Made by a program: the position numbers and the translations under genes | The notes under the pieces: model-generated | Told to the model about the DNA's origin: nothing | The model's input: only the letters and a program-made list of their open reading frames with translations | The model's database searches: none | Part shown: piece by piece, positions 1 to 8,073 of the stretch | Layout of the letters: the number at the start of each line of letters is the position of its first letter | Position numbering within the stretch: position 1 is the stretch's first letter | NCBI GenBank assembly: GCA_964615185.1 | Contig: CAZTOS010000042.1 | Span: 1 to 20,146, forward strand | Source: an uncultured Thermococci archaeon | GTDB taxonomy: Archaea; Methanobacteriota_B; Thermococci; Thermococcales; Thermococcaceae | Reading direction: 5' to 3' | DNA length: 20,146 bases

Positions 1-137
1 CTCAGAGGCCACCTCACAGGGTTTCAACTACCGAGAGGCAATTTTGAAAGGACGCCTTACGGCGTCAACCCTCCAATGCTGGAGGGTAACGTGAAACCCC
101 TCATCTCATCGGGTTGTTCTTTGGTGGCCTCTCCGAG
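1..137 (-). ncRNA. Structured RNA / 5' leader inside the IS left end
   Basis: Nested stems 4-13/123-132 (10 bp) and 19-26/92-99 (8 bp); hairpins 51-66 (GUAA GNRA loop on - strand) and 68-87 (8 bp); TATA box about 20-25 nt upstream; GC-rich in an AT-rich genome. Confidence 0.7.
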
Positions 138-153
138 GCTTTACTACGTTCAA

Positions 154-170
154 GAGTTTAAAAGGGTTTC
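154..170 (-). promoter_or_regulatory. BRE/TATA promoter driving the IS leader RNA
   Basis: Minus strand GAAACCC-TTTTAAAC, placed to initiate near 137-140. Confidence 0.6.
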
Positions 171-298
171 GATCTTATAAAGAGCCAGATTCTCAATTAC
201 TGCATCCCCGCCCCGAGGCTTTCAAAAGAAAAAGGAAGGGCCAAAGACTTATAACACTTGACCCTACATGAAGTATGAAGGTACAACAGGTGTGAGCA

Positions 299-802
299 AT
301 GGCTGGAACAATAAGCAAAATTGTGAGATTTGAAGACGAAGAAGAGTTTTTAATGGACATGGAAGACGTCATGGAGCACTTTACCTATTTGGCAAGTCGG
401 TATGGAAGTGGAAGTGTCCTTGAAGGCTTTCTTCTGTGGGACTATGTGGGAATTCAGGACGATGAAGGAATAAAGATATTCCGCATTGGGGAGTTTCCAT
501 ACATTGAAGGCACGCTTAAAGTTGATTACGAAACATTGAGAACTTTAGAGAGGTATTTTGATGAGATTGAAAGTCGTTGGAGTGATTTAAGTGTTGAGGA
601 AATTGATTATTTCATTAGGATGCTCAATGAGGCACTGGGAAGGGAAATTGTTTTCTATGAGGCTTATGATTTAGGCTTGAGCAGAAATGAAGCATATCTA
701 ATTTTAAATATTAAGGCACTTCACTATCTTGACCGAGTAGTGGATGCTGAAGATAGGGAAGTTTTGGAAAATGCTGTAAGGCTTTTGATGAAATATGTTT
801 GA
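299..802 (+). CDS. Hypothetical acidic protein (167 aa)
   Basis: ORF with AGGTG RBS and upstream TTATAA; first of three closely spaced genes; no motif recognised. Confidence 0.85.
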   Translation: MAGTISKIVRFEDEEEFLMDMEDVMEHFTYLASRYGSGSVLEGFLLWDYVGIQDDEGIKIFRIGEFPYIEGTLKVDYETLRTLERYFDEIESRWSDLSVEEIDYFIRMLNEALGREIVFYEAYDLGLSRNEAYLILNIKALHYLDRVVDAEDREVLENAVRLLMKYV

Positions 803-813
803 GGTGATAGGCT

Positions 814-1062
814 ATGTTATTCAAAAAGAAAGGGCTCTTCACGGTTAGTGATGCAATGAAGGTAGTTGAGATTGCAAGCAGGAAAAATGCAAAAGAGATC
901 ATAGTGATGTGTGAGACAATTGATGAAGATGCCAAGAGAAGACTATGGGACTATGCAAATGCGGTAAGACTGATGGCAGATTTAACTGGTGAGCAGAGGG
1001 AGGTTAGAATTGAAATTCTTGAAGGCTATGTGAGCGATAAGGTGAAAGGAATTGAGCTATAA
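814..1062 (+). CDS. Small hypothetical protein (82 aa)
   Basis: GAGGTGA RBS; overlaps the queE start; no family recognised. Confidence 0.75.
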   Translation: MLFKKKGLFTVSDAMKVVEIASRKNAKEIIVMCETIDEDAKRRLWDYANAVRLMADLTGEQREVRIEILEGYVSDKVKGIEL

Positions 1063-1819
1063 GCTTATTTTAGCCGAGATCTTCAATAGCTGGCAGGGTG
1101 AAGGCGGAAGCGTGGAGGGTTCAGCTTTTGGAAGGAGGCAGATTTTTGTTAGGTTTGCTGGCTGCGACCTTAGATGTGTGTGGTGCGACTCAAGACAGTT
1201 CATAGATGCCTCAAAAGTCTTACAGTGGCGCTACGAGATTGAGCCTTTTTCTGGAAAATTTGGATACAAGCCCAATCCAGCCACCTTGGATGAAGTTGTT
1301 GATGTTATTTTGAGTCTTGACACGGGGGATATTCATTCAATCAGCTACACTGGAGGGGAGCCAATCCTACAAATTAAGCCTTTAATGGCATTAATGGAAA
1401 AAATGAGTGAACTCGGATTTAAGAACTTCCTTGAAACTCACGGAGGTTTTCCAGAAAAGATTGCCGAGATAGCCCATCTCGTTGATTACGCAAGCGTTGA
1501 CATAAAAGACGAAAGTGCGAGAGCAACAGATGAGTGGAGAGATTTAGTTATAAGGGAAGTTGAAAGCATTAAAATCTTGAGGAAGGCTGGTGCAAAGGTT
1601 TATGCCAAGCTTGTGGTTACAAGAGATACTAAGCTTGAAAACATCGAGTGGTATGCTTCCCTCCTCAAAAGCTTAGCTCCCCTTGCAATTCAGCCAAAGG
1701 AACCAATTGATATCTCACAAAAGCAGGTGATGGAGTTTTACAAGGTTGCTGCTAAGATTTTGGGGAGAGAAAACGTTGGGTTGAGCTTTCAAGTTCATAA
1801 ATATTTGAACGTCTTGTGA
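1052..1819 (+). CDS. queE: 7-carboxy-7-deazaguanine synthase (radical SAM; preQ0/archaeosine pathway)
   Basis: EIFxSWQGEG, FVRFAGCDLRCVWCD (CxxxCxxC), TGGEP, LET, C-terminal QVHK; TTG start with AGGTGA RBS. Confidence 0.88.
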   Translation: MSYKLILAEIFNSWQGEGGSVEGSAFGRRQIFVRFAGCDLRCVWCDSRQFIDASKVLQWRYEIEPFSGKFGYKPNPATLDEVVDVILSLDTGDIHSISYTGGEPILQIKPLMALMEKMSELGFKNFLETHGGFPEKIAEIAHLVDYASVDIKDESARATDEWRDLVIREVESIKILRKAGAKVYAKLVVTRDTKLENIEWYASLLKSLAPLAIQPKEPIDISQKQVMEFYKVAAKILGRENVGLSFQVHKYLNVL

Positions 1820-1855
1820 TTTAACATTTTTAAGCTTCCCCTCCAATGTATGCTC

Positions 1856-1915
1856 AGGCGATGATGTAGATTGGCCTTTGGGGTATTGATGCCCGGGATC
1901 GACGTAGCTGAGCCT
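1856..1915 (+). ncRNA. Probable box C/D sRNA
   Basis: Terminal stem AGGC/GCCT, C box ATGATGT (1861-1867) and D box CTGA (1908-1911) in K-turn geometry; C'-like TTGATGC; 60 nt, GC-rich, fills the gap between convergent genes; TTTTAAG TATA at about 1828-1834. Confidence 0.62.
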
Positions 1916-2791
1916 TCACAACAATCCAACCTCTGTAAGTACAAATTCAATCTCTTGAACAGCTTGCTCATCAAGTGGTAAGGAGGGTGTCCTTGGATAA
2001 CCAACGTTTAAGCCGAGCATGTTCATAGCCTCCTTTATTGCACTTATCTGATTGTATTTTTTCACCAAGATTTCATTGAGGTAATTTATCATTAACTGCA
2101 GACGTTTGGCTCTATCATATTTCTTTTCAAGAAAAGCGGTGTAAAGCTCAACACATAGGCGGGGGGCAACATTTGCAACAGCTATAACCGCTCCATGAGC
2201 TCCTAATGCCAATGCGGGGTAAATTAGATCTGCAGTTCCGGCTAAGATGCTCATATCTTCGCCGAGTCTTCTGATAAGTTCACCTATTCTCCCAATTGAG
2301 CCACTTGAATCTTTAATCCCTATTATGTTTGAATACTCCTCAACTAAACGCTCAATAATTTTAATTGGAATGTTTATCCCGGTAAACTTGGGAACATTGT
2401 AAATCAGAATTGGAGCTTCAATGCTTTGAGCAATTGTGGAATAATGGGCGAAGAGTTCCTTTTCATTTGGCTTGAAGTAGTAAGGTGGAGCTATTAAGAG
2501 GGCATCTACACCAAGATTCCAGGCTTCTTTTGCAAGTCTTATGGTCTCTCGTGTTGAATTTTCAGTCACACCAGCAATAACTGGTAGGTTTGTCTCTTCA
2601 CAGACTATTTTTAAGACTCTTAACTTTTCTTCAAAGCCCAGGTATGGAAACTCACCGTTGCTTCCTAATGTTACAAAACCACTCACTTTGGCATCTTCAA
2701 AGTAATGGATAAGACCTCTCAGGGCTTCTTCATTGATATCCTCATCCTCATCGAAAGGCGTTACATGGGGAACATATATACCCTCAATCAA
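1916..2791 (-). CDS. DHDPS/NAL-family class I aldolase (HOGA/KDG aldolase-like)
   Basis: VTPF, GSNGE, PPYY, IYNVP, Schiff-base Lys in GIKDSSG; likely TTG start at 2791 after GGTG (ORF track extends to 2806). Confidence 0.88.
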   Translation of the reverse strand: MIEGIYVPHVTPFDEDEDINEEALRGLIHYFEDAKVSGFVTLGSNGEFPYLGFEEKLRVLKIVCEETNLPVIAGVTENSTRETIRLAKEAWNLGVDALLIAPPYYFKPNEKELFAHYSTIAQSIEAPILIYNVPKFTGINIPIKIIERLVEEYSNIIGIKDSSGSIGRIGELIRRLGEDMSILAGTADLIYPALALGAHGAVIAVANVAPRLCVELYTAFLEKKYDRAKRLQLMINYLNEILVKKYNQISAIKEAMNMLGLNVGYPRTPSLPLDEQAVQEIEFVLTEVGLL

Positions 2792-2887
2792 ATGAAACAC
2801 CAACAAAAGTTGGATTTTTAGGTAATAAATTTTTTGATGAACAAGCTTTTAAATCGTGATGCATAAGAGCTGAAGTGGGATTTAAGG

Positions 2888-3739
2888 ATGAAGTGCCTGG
2901 TAGTAGGACATTTAACTCATGACATAATACTCAGAGGAAGTACCAGGATTGAGAGAATTGGTGGGGGAGTGTATTATTCCGCTCTTGTGCTCTCCCCTTT
3001 CTGTGATGTAGAGATTATCACCAAAGTCGGAAAGGATTTTCCAAAAGAATGGCTGAAAGAACTTAAAGAAAGTGGAATTAGGACCACGCTTCTTCCTTCA
3101 AAATCTACTACAACCTATGAGCTTAAATATCTTGATGAAAATACGCGAATTCTCAGACTGCTATCTAAAGCCGATTCTTTTAGGGTATCTGAGATTCCTA
3201 CCGATAACTGGGATATTATACTTCTAAATCCTGTTGCCAATGAAATTTCAGGTGAGATTGTGAGGAGAATGAAAGGCTTTATCTCTATTGATGTTCAGGG
3301 ATTCGTCAGGAGTTTTGAAAATGGAAAGGTTGGACTAAAAAGGATTAATGCTTCATTTTTAGGCAATGCTAAAGTTGTTCATGCAGATGTTAATGAGTTT
3401 GAGATGCTCGATGGAATAAGAGATAAGCAGCCAGAGGTTATGCTTATTTCCAATGGAGCTGATAGAGGAGAAGCAGTTTATAAAGGAAATAGGTACCATT
3501 TCGAACCCATAAAAATGTCAGTTACTGAAACAACAGGAGCAGGTGATTCTTTTTTGGCATATTTTTCATACTTCTATAAGCGGTATCCATTCATGAAGGC
3601 ATTAAAAATGACAGTATCGTTTACCGCATTTTTCCTTAAATACCGTACTCCGTTCTTTGATTTTGACGAAGCCAGAGAAAATGCTAAAAATGTGAAAGTC
3701 GAAAAAATAGTAACCGATGAAGAAACGTCAGCACGCTGA
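2888..3739 (+). CDS. PfkB/ribokinase-family carbohydrate kinase
   Basis: N-terminal VVGHxxxD and GGGxxY; C-terminal anion-hole motif TTGAGD. Confidence 0.85.
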   Translation: MKCLVVGHLTHDIILRGSTRIERIGGGVYYSALVLSPFCDVEIITKVGKDFPKEWLKELKESGIRTTLLPSKSTTTYELKYLDENTRILRLLSKADSFRVSEIPTDNWDIILLNPVANEISGEIVRRMKGFISIDVQGFVRSFENGKVGLKRINASFLGNAKVVHADVNEFEMLDGIRDKQPEVMLISNGADRGEAVYKGNRYHFEPIKMSVTETTGAGDSFLAYFSYFYKRYPFMKALKMTVSFTAFFLKYRTPFFDFDEARENAKNVKVEKIVTDEETSAR

Positions 3740-3770
3740 GAAATGATGATACGGGACTTCTCTGAGGTTA
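3711..3770 (+). ncRNA. Box C/D 2'-O-methylation guide sRNA
   Basis: Stem TAACC/GGTTA; C ATGAAGA 3717-3723; 12-nt guide; D' CTGA 3736-3739; C' ATGATGA 3743-3749; 12-nt guide; D CTGA 3762-3765. Canonical Thermococcales layout. Confidence 0.92.
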
Positions 3771-3789
3771 AAAACTTGGGGTGAGAGCC

Positions 3790-4314
3790 ATGGACAGATA
3801 TGTTTTGCTAATTAAGGCTCCTAAGGGCTATGATATGACTCCAGTTAAAAAGGATATAAAAAAGCTCATTTTAGAAAAATACCCTGAATTAAAAGCTGAA
3901 CTTTACAGATGCATTGGCTTAACGGTTGATTTAGTGATTCTCTATAAAGACGGCATTGTTTTGATAAAACGCAAACACGAGCCTTTCAAAGACCACTGGG
4001 CTTTGCCAGGTGGTTTCGTTGAGTATGGGGAGAGAGTGGAAGATGCGGCAATTAGAGAGGCAAAGGAGGAGACAGGGCTGAATGTTGAGCTGATAAAGCT
4101 CATTGGAGTTTACAGCGATCCTAACAGAGACCCAAGGGGGCATACAGTTACAGCGGCGTTTTTAGCCAAGGGGCATGGAAATCTTAAGGGAGGAGATGAT
4201 GCCAGAGAAGCAAAAGTCTTCAGCTTTGATGAAATTAAAAGCTTGAAGCTGGCTTTTGACCATGATAGGATAATTGATGATGCTCTGAAGATTTTAAAGG
4301 AGGTGAGCTTATGA
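3790..4314 (+). CDS. NUDIX hydrolase (ADP-ribose pyrophosphatase-like)
   Basis: Nudix box GGFVEYGE...AAIREAKEETG, RDPRGH, LAFDH; ATG at 3790 after GGTGA. Confidence 0.92.
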   Translation: MDRYVLLIKAPKGYDMTPVKKDIKKLILEKYPELKAELYRCIGLTVDLVILYKDGIVLIKRKHEPFKDHWALPGGFVEYGERVEDAAIREAKEETGLNVELIKLIGVYSDPNRDPRGHTVTAAFLAKGHGNLKGGDDAREAKVFSFDEIKSLKLAFDHDRIIDDALKILKEVSL

Positions 4315-4664
4315 TTGACTCTGTGAAGTTTGGTGAGATTGTTGTTGAAGGGAAGAGATATACCCATGACATCGTTATCTATCCTTCTGGAAAGATTGAG
4401 CGAAGAAAAAAAGAGCTGTCAAAGAGAAAACACGGAACAAGTCATAAGTTTGATCCGGATGAGTTGAAGGAGTATCTTAAGGAGGATTTTGACGTTTTGA
4501 TTGTAGGAACCGGGATTTATGCTGCTTTAAAGCTATTACCTGAAGCTAAAGAACTTGTCAAAGACAAGGAGGTTATAGAAAAACCAACTCCGGAGGCAAT
4601 AAAGCTCTTCAATGAGCTGAGAAAGGAAAAGAAGGTATTAGGGGTCTTTCACATTACATGTTAA
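4311..4664 (+). CDS. Mth938-like (DUF498/AAMDC) protein
   Basis: FGEIVVEG...HD, HGTSH, IVGTG, PTPEA, terminal HITC; ATGA overlap with the NUDIX gene. Confidence 0.88.
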   Translation: MIDSVKFGEIVVEGKRYTHDIVIYPSGKIERRKKELSKRKHGTSHKFDPDELKEYLKEDFDVLIVGTGIYAALKLLPEAKELVKDKEVIEKPTPEAIKLFNELRKEKKVLGVFHITC

Positions 4665-4687
4665 TTCTCTTCAATTCAATTTTATTC

Positions 4688-4738
4688 AAAAGGATTTATA
4701 AGTAATCGGGGCGTTACTTAGTAACGGGGGCATTACTT
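4688..4738 (+). promoter_or_regulatory. BRE/TATA promoter followed by two tandem 19-bp palindromic boxes (putative operator)
   Basis: AAAAGGA-TTTATAA, then AGTAATCGGGGCGTTACTT (4701-4719) and AGTAACGGGGGCATTACTT (4720-4738) directly before the ATG. Confidence 0.65.
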
Positions 4739-5815
4739 ATGTTGTTTGATCCACGACCGAAGATGAATAGAAAAGAGCTTTTTGACAGAGAAGAAGAAAT
4801 TGAGTCGCTTAAGAAGCTTGCTGATAAACCATTGACTCTGCTTTTAGGAATTAGAAGGATAGGCAAAAGTTCAATTTTAAGGGTCGCTCTTAATGAACTC
4901 GGAAATGGCATTTATATTGACGCAAGAAAACTGTACTTTGACTCTGGAGGTTGGATAACAAATGATGTGCTAATTCGAACATTTGAAAAATCCCTAAACT
5001 CTCTAAAAGGGGAATTCAAGGGAAGAATCATAGAGGCATTGAAACATATTAGAGGTGTCAAACTTTTTGGAGTTGAAATAAGGTTCGGAAGAGAAGTCCT
5101 TCTTTCGGAAGTTCTCGAAGCCCTTAATGACGTTGGTGTTGTCATAGGAATTGATGAAGCTCAGTATCTGAGATTTTATGGCTCCAAAGGAGGAAAAGAG
5201 TTCTTGGCACTGCTGGCATACAGCTATGATAATCTTAGGAACGTTCATTTTATCTTAACTGGTTCTGAAGTAGGGCTTCTTTACGACTTTGTTGGAATTA
5301 ACAATTATGAAAGCCCTCTTTATGGGAGGGTCTGCGAGGAACTCACCATTGTCCCATTCTCAAGAGAACTCTCAAAGGAATTCCTTAGACGGGGATTTGA
5401 AGAGGTAAGCATCCAAATAAGCGAAGATGATATTGAAAAAGCCGTTGAGATACTCGATGGGATTCCAGGTTGGCTTGTTGATTTTGGTAACGAATACATT
5501 AAAACTCAAAGTCTCGAAAAAGCCTTGGAAGGTGTTATGAAACGGGCTGAGGATTTTTTAAAAGGAGAATTAAAGGAGCTGGAAAAAAGGAGCCCCCGCT
5601 ACGTTCTGATACTGAAGGCAATAGCGAGAGGGTACGACAGATGGGAGCTTATAAAAGATTATCTGGAGAGAAACAGCAAGAGAGTTCCAAACTCCAGGCT
5701 TGCTGAATTGCTTCGGAATCTTGAAAAAATGAGCTGGATTGTGCCGGAGCTTAAAGATGACAGGAAGAAGTACAAAATTATTGATCCTGTAGTTGAGAGA
5801 GTTCTAAGAAAGTGA
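4739..5815 (+). CDS. Archaeal ATPase (STAND-like ATPase_2 family) with C-terminal winged helix
   Basis: MLFDPRPK...LFDREEE, Walker A GIRRIGKS, Walker B IGIDEAQ, LTGSE, GIPGWL, C-terminal YKIIDP. Confidence 0.9.
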   Translation: MLFDPRPKMNRKELFDREEEIESLKKLADKPLTLLLGIRRIGKSSILRVALNELGNGIYIDARKLYFDSGGWITNDVLIRTFEKSLNSLKGEFKGRIIEALKHIRGVKLFGVEIRFGREVLLSEVLEALNDVGVVIGIDEAQYLRFYGSKGGKEFLALLAYSYDNLRNVHFILTGSEVGLLYDFVGINNYESPLYGRVCEELTIVPFSRELSKEFLRRGFEEVSIQISEDDIEKAVEILDGIPGWLVDFGNEYIKTQSLEKALEGVMKRAEDFLKGELKELEKRSPRYVLILKAIARGYDRWELIKDYLERNSKRVPNSRLAELLRNLEKMSWIVPELKDDRKKYKIIDPVVERVLRK

Positions 5816-5820
5816 TAAAG

Positions 5821-7302
5821 CTAAAGTAGCCTATACAAAATTCCTAAACTCACCAAGCTAATTCCAAAACTCACGAAATATTCGAACGGATAACTAAGCA
5901 GAAACAGAGGGAGAGTAATTATTCCGAAGAGCACTCCAACCAAAATCATGAGCACAATCATATGCCCGATGTTGAATTCTGGAATGCCAAGCTCAATCCC
6001 CTCATAGTGAAAGAAGTAAGCCATTGTTAAAAATGAAGCATTTAGAGGGAGTAGGAACATATAGGGAAACAGGATGAGAGCTTTTGGATCATAATAGATG
6101 GCGAGAACTAAAATCAAGCCAGAGAACAGTATAGGAATTACAGACATTGAAAGAGCTTTGCTAAGAGCGTATTCCCTCTTGGTGAGTGGTAAAGAGTTAA
6201 GGAAGTCTAAGACTTTGCCTTCTACCTTAAGCACGGCATCTGCTCCCGGGATTGCAAAAACTCCTAAGGTGAAGAGAAAATAAGTTGCTCTCGTAAGTGA
6301 AAGATTTCCGCTTTTTATTGCCATGAGTATCTGGGGAAGCAGAACATAAATTGGCATCAAAAACCCAGTTATCATTGCAGTCTTTCGGAAGATTATTTTC
6401 AAATCTTTGAGCATGAGAGCAAAAACTTTTCCTCCAAAAGATGCTCTGAATTTTGAAGTCTTGACTTTTTCAGATACAAGCGTAGGTTCAAGAATTCCGC
6501 TCCAGACTCTTTTGAGAGCAAGCTGATAGAGAGGGATAAACACCATGATATAAAGCAAAAGCATTACAACGCTCTTCTTTGGATCAAAAATTGAGGAAAT
6601 TGTAAAGGGATACGCTATGGAGTACCTACCAATGAGTGCAGCAACCTTTTCGCTGTGCTCCTGAATATACCCCTGCATATAGCTTACTCCATAAAACAGT
6701 CCCATAAACGCAAATATCGCCAGAATCTTGAGGAAGTTTTTTAGGCTTCCGCTTCTGCTTTTTCTGTAGTTAATTCTCAGCCCAAAAGCAGAGTAAATTA
6801 TTAATCCAAGCGCATGTCCAGCAAGCATCCCCACGAAAACCCACAGCAGAACTAAAATTCCATTCAAAGGATACTTTGAAATGACAACAGCTATGCTGGG
6901 CAAAATTATTGCTAAGGCTGGGATTTGGTCAATTATCAAAAGCTCGCTTAAATAGAGTGCTCCAATTCTTATTGGTAGAGCCTTCATTGGTTCAAACAAA
7001 CCAAGCGAGACCACATAAGACGATTGAACTGTGGTAACATAAAGCGAGAATATAAAGGGGATTAATGCCAGAGAAGACAGCATCGCAACTATGTAAGTTT
7101 TATCATCCGAGAAAGAAAGTCCTATGGCCATCATGATTCCAAAGAAAATGAAAGCTATGCTTTGGATTGCAACGTTTCTTTTTATGCTGACGGCATTCTT
7201 AAGTTGCTTTCTAAACTTCTTCTCATCATTGGCTATCTGGGGATTTCTCTTTAAAATCTGGTAGTGGAGCTCGCGGTAGAGAATTTTGACAACCTCGAAC
7301 AT
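5821..7302 (-). CDS. ABC transporter permease (ABC-2/exporter type)
   Basis: Many TM segments with internal duplication (ALPI / SLPL); follows the ABC ATPase; ATG at 7302 after AGGTG. Confidence 0.85.
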   Translation of the reverse strand: MFEVVKILYRELHYQILKRNPQIANDEKKFRKQLKNAVSIKRNVAIQSIAFIFFGIMMAIGLSFSDDKTYIVAMLSSLALIPFIFSLYVTTVQSSYVVSLGLFEPMKALPIRIGALYLSELLIIDQIPALAIILPSIAVVISKYPLNGILVLLWVFVGMLAGHALGLIIYSAFGLRINYRKSRSGSLKNFLKILAIFAFMGLFYGVSYMQGYIQEHSEKVAALIGRYSIAYPFTISSIFDPKKSVVMLLLYIMVFIPLYQLALKRVWSGILEPTLVSEKVKTSKFRASFGGKVFALMLKDLKIIFRKTAMITGFLMPIYVLLPQILMAIKSGNLSLTRATYFLFTLGVFAIPGADAVLKVEGKVLDFLNSLPLTKREYALSKALSMSVIPILFSGLILVLAIYYDPKALILFPYMFLLPLNASFLTMAYFFHYEGIELGIPEFNIGHMIVLMILVGVLFGIITLPLFLLSYPFEYFVSFGISLVSLGILYRLL

Positions 7303-7311
7303 CCGACACAC

Positions 7312-8073
7312 CTACAGGCTTTCCTTAAGTGCTTGAACTATGTGGGCAATTTCATCTTTGCTCTCCGTAAGCTTGAGGAAGACATCTTCAAGGCTTTCTT
7401 CATGGGCTTTCTCTTTAAGCTCTTCAATTGTTCCCTCTGCGATTATCTTCCCCTGATAGATGACGCCGATTCTATCGCAGATTATCTCAGCTAAGGATAA
7501 AATGTGAGTTGAGAAAATTATGCTTTTTCCCTCATTTTTAAACTCAAGCAGAAGTTCCCGCAGAATTCTGGCTGACTTAGGATCCAAACCATTCATGGCT
7601 TCATCTACGATTAGGACTTTTGGGTCATGCAAAAGAGCAGTTATGAGGGAAACCTTCTGCTGGGTTCCAAAGCTGAGGGTTCCGATGAACTGCTCTAAAT
7701 ACTCTTCAATGCCAAAAGCCTTAACGAAATAGTTCACCCTCTCCTCAAGTTTCTCCTTTGGGATTCCCCTTATACTCCCGACAAAGTTGAAAAGCTCGCT
7801 TGGTGTTAGGCTTTCATACAAAATTGGTGTTTCAGGGACATAGCCAACTATCTTTTTAACTTCAATTGGATTTTTAGCGACGTTTATTTCCTCAACTAAA
7901 ACTTTTCCACTCGTGGGCTTTAAAATTCCAGCGAGGATTTTCATAGTGGTTGATTTACCACTTCCATTTGGTCCCAGAAGACCGTATATTTCACCATCGT
8001 GAACGCGAAAGCTTATTCCATCAACGGCAACTTTATCTCCAAACTTTTTAGTGAGATTCTCAACTTCAATCAT
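7312..8073 (-). CDS. ABC transporter ATP-binding protein
   Basis: Walker A GPNGSGKS, signature LSFGT, Walker B LIVDE, D-loop GLD, H-switch STH. Confidence 0.95.
   Translation of the reverse strand: MIEVENLTKKFGDKVAVDGISFRVHDGEIYGLLGPNGSGKSTTMKILAGILKPTSGKVLVEEINVAKNPIEVKKIVGYVPETPILYESLTPSELFNFVGSIRGIPKEKLEERVNYFVKAFGIEEYLEQFIGTLSFGTQQKVSLITALLHDPKVLIVDEAMNGLDPKSARILRELLLEFKNEGKSIIFSTHILSLAEIICDRIGVIYQGKIIAEGTIEELKEKAHEESLEDVFLKLTESKDEIAHIVQALKESL

Larger units (their letters stand above)
1..233 (-). mobile_element. Left end of an IS200/IS605-family (IS1341-like) element running off the window start; subterminal hairpin partly deleted
   Basis: Minus strand reads TTCC|TTTTTCTTTTG-AAAG-CCTCG-GGGCGGGG-ATGCAG, colinear with the left end at 9727-9770 (TGAC|TTTTCTTTTTT-CAAG-CCTTGCCCTTTAGGGCGGGG-TACAG): same 11-nt spacer, but 7 nt of the hairpin are missing. 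Confidence 0.8.

Noticed and set aside
711..935. Short antisense or alternate-frame ORFs throughout the track (e.g. 711-935, 1795-2004, 3931-4367, 4714-5248, 8354-9324, 13796-14948, 17461-18801)
   Set aside because: They overlap well-supported genes and show no recognisable motifs; shadow ORFs
814..1062. 82-aa ORF as a PD-(D/E)xK nuclease fragment or part of a 7-deazaguanine DNA-modification system
   Set aside because: No catalytic motif and no dpdA/tgt-like gene nearby; housekeeping archaeosine synthesis explains queE
1856..1915. Fluoride riboswitch or H/ACA interpretation
   Set aside because: GGCGATGA start but no matching pseudoknot or downstream same-strand gene; no apical K-turn and pocket for H/ACA; C/D geometry fits better
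2834..2873. TTGATGA...GTGATGC...CTGA as a box C/D RNA
   Set aside because: Too short, 7-nt guide, no D' box, AT-rich and coincident with the divergent promoter region
4701..4738. Tandem repeat as a mini-CRISPR
   Set aside because: Only two adjacent 19-bp units, no spacer, no cas genes; no CRISPR array, tRNA or rRNA was seen in the window
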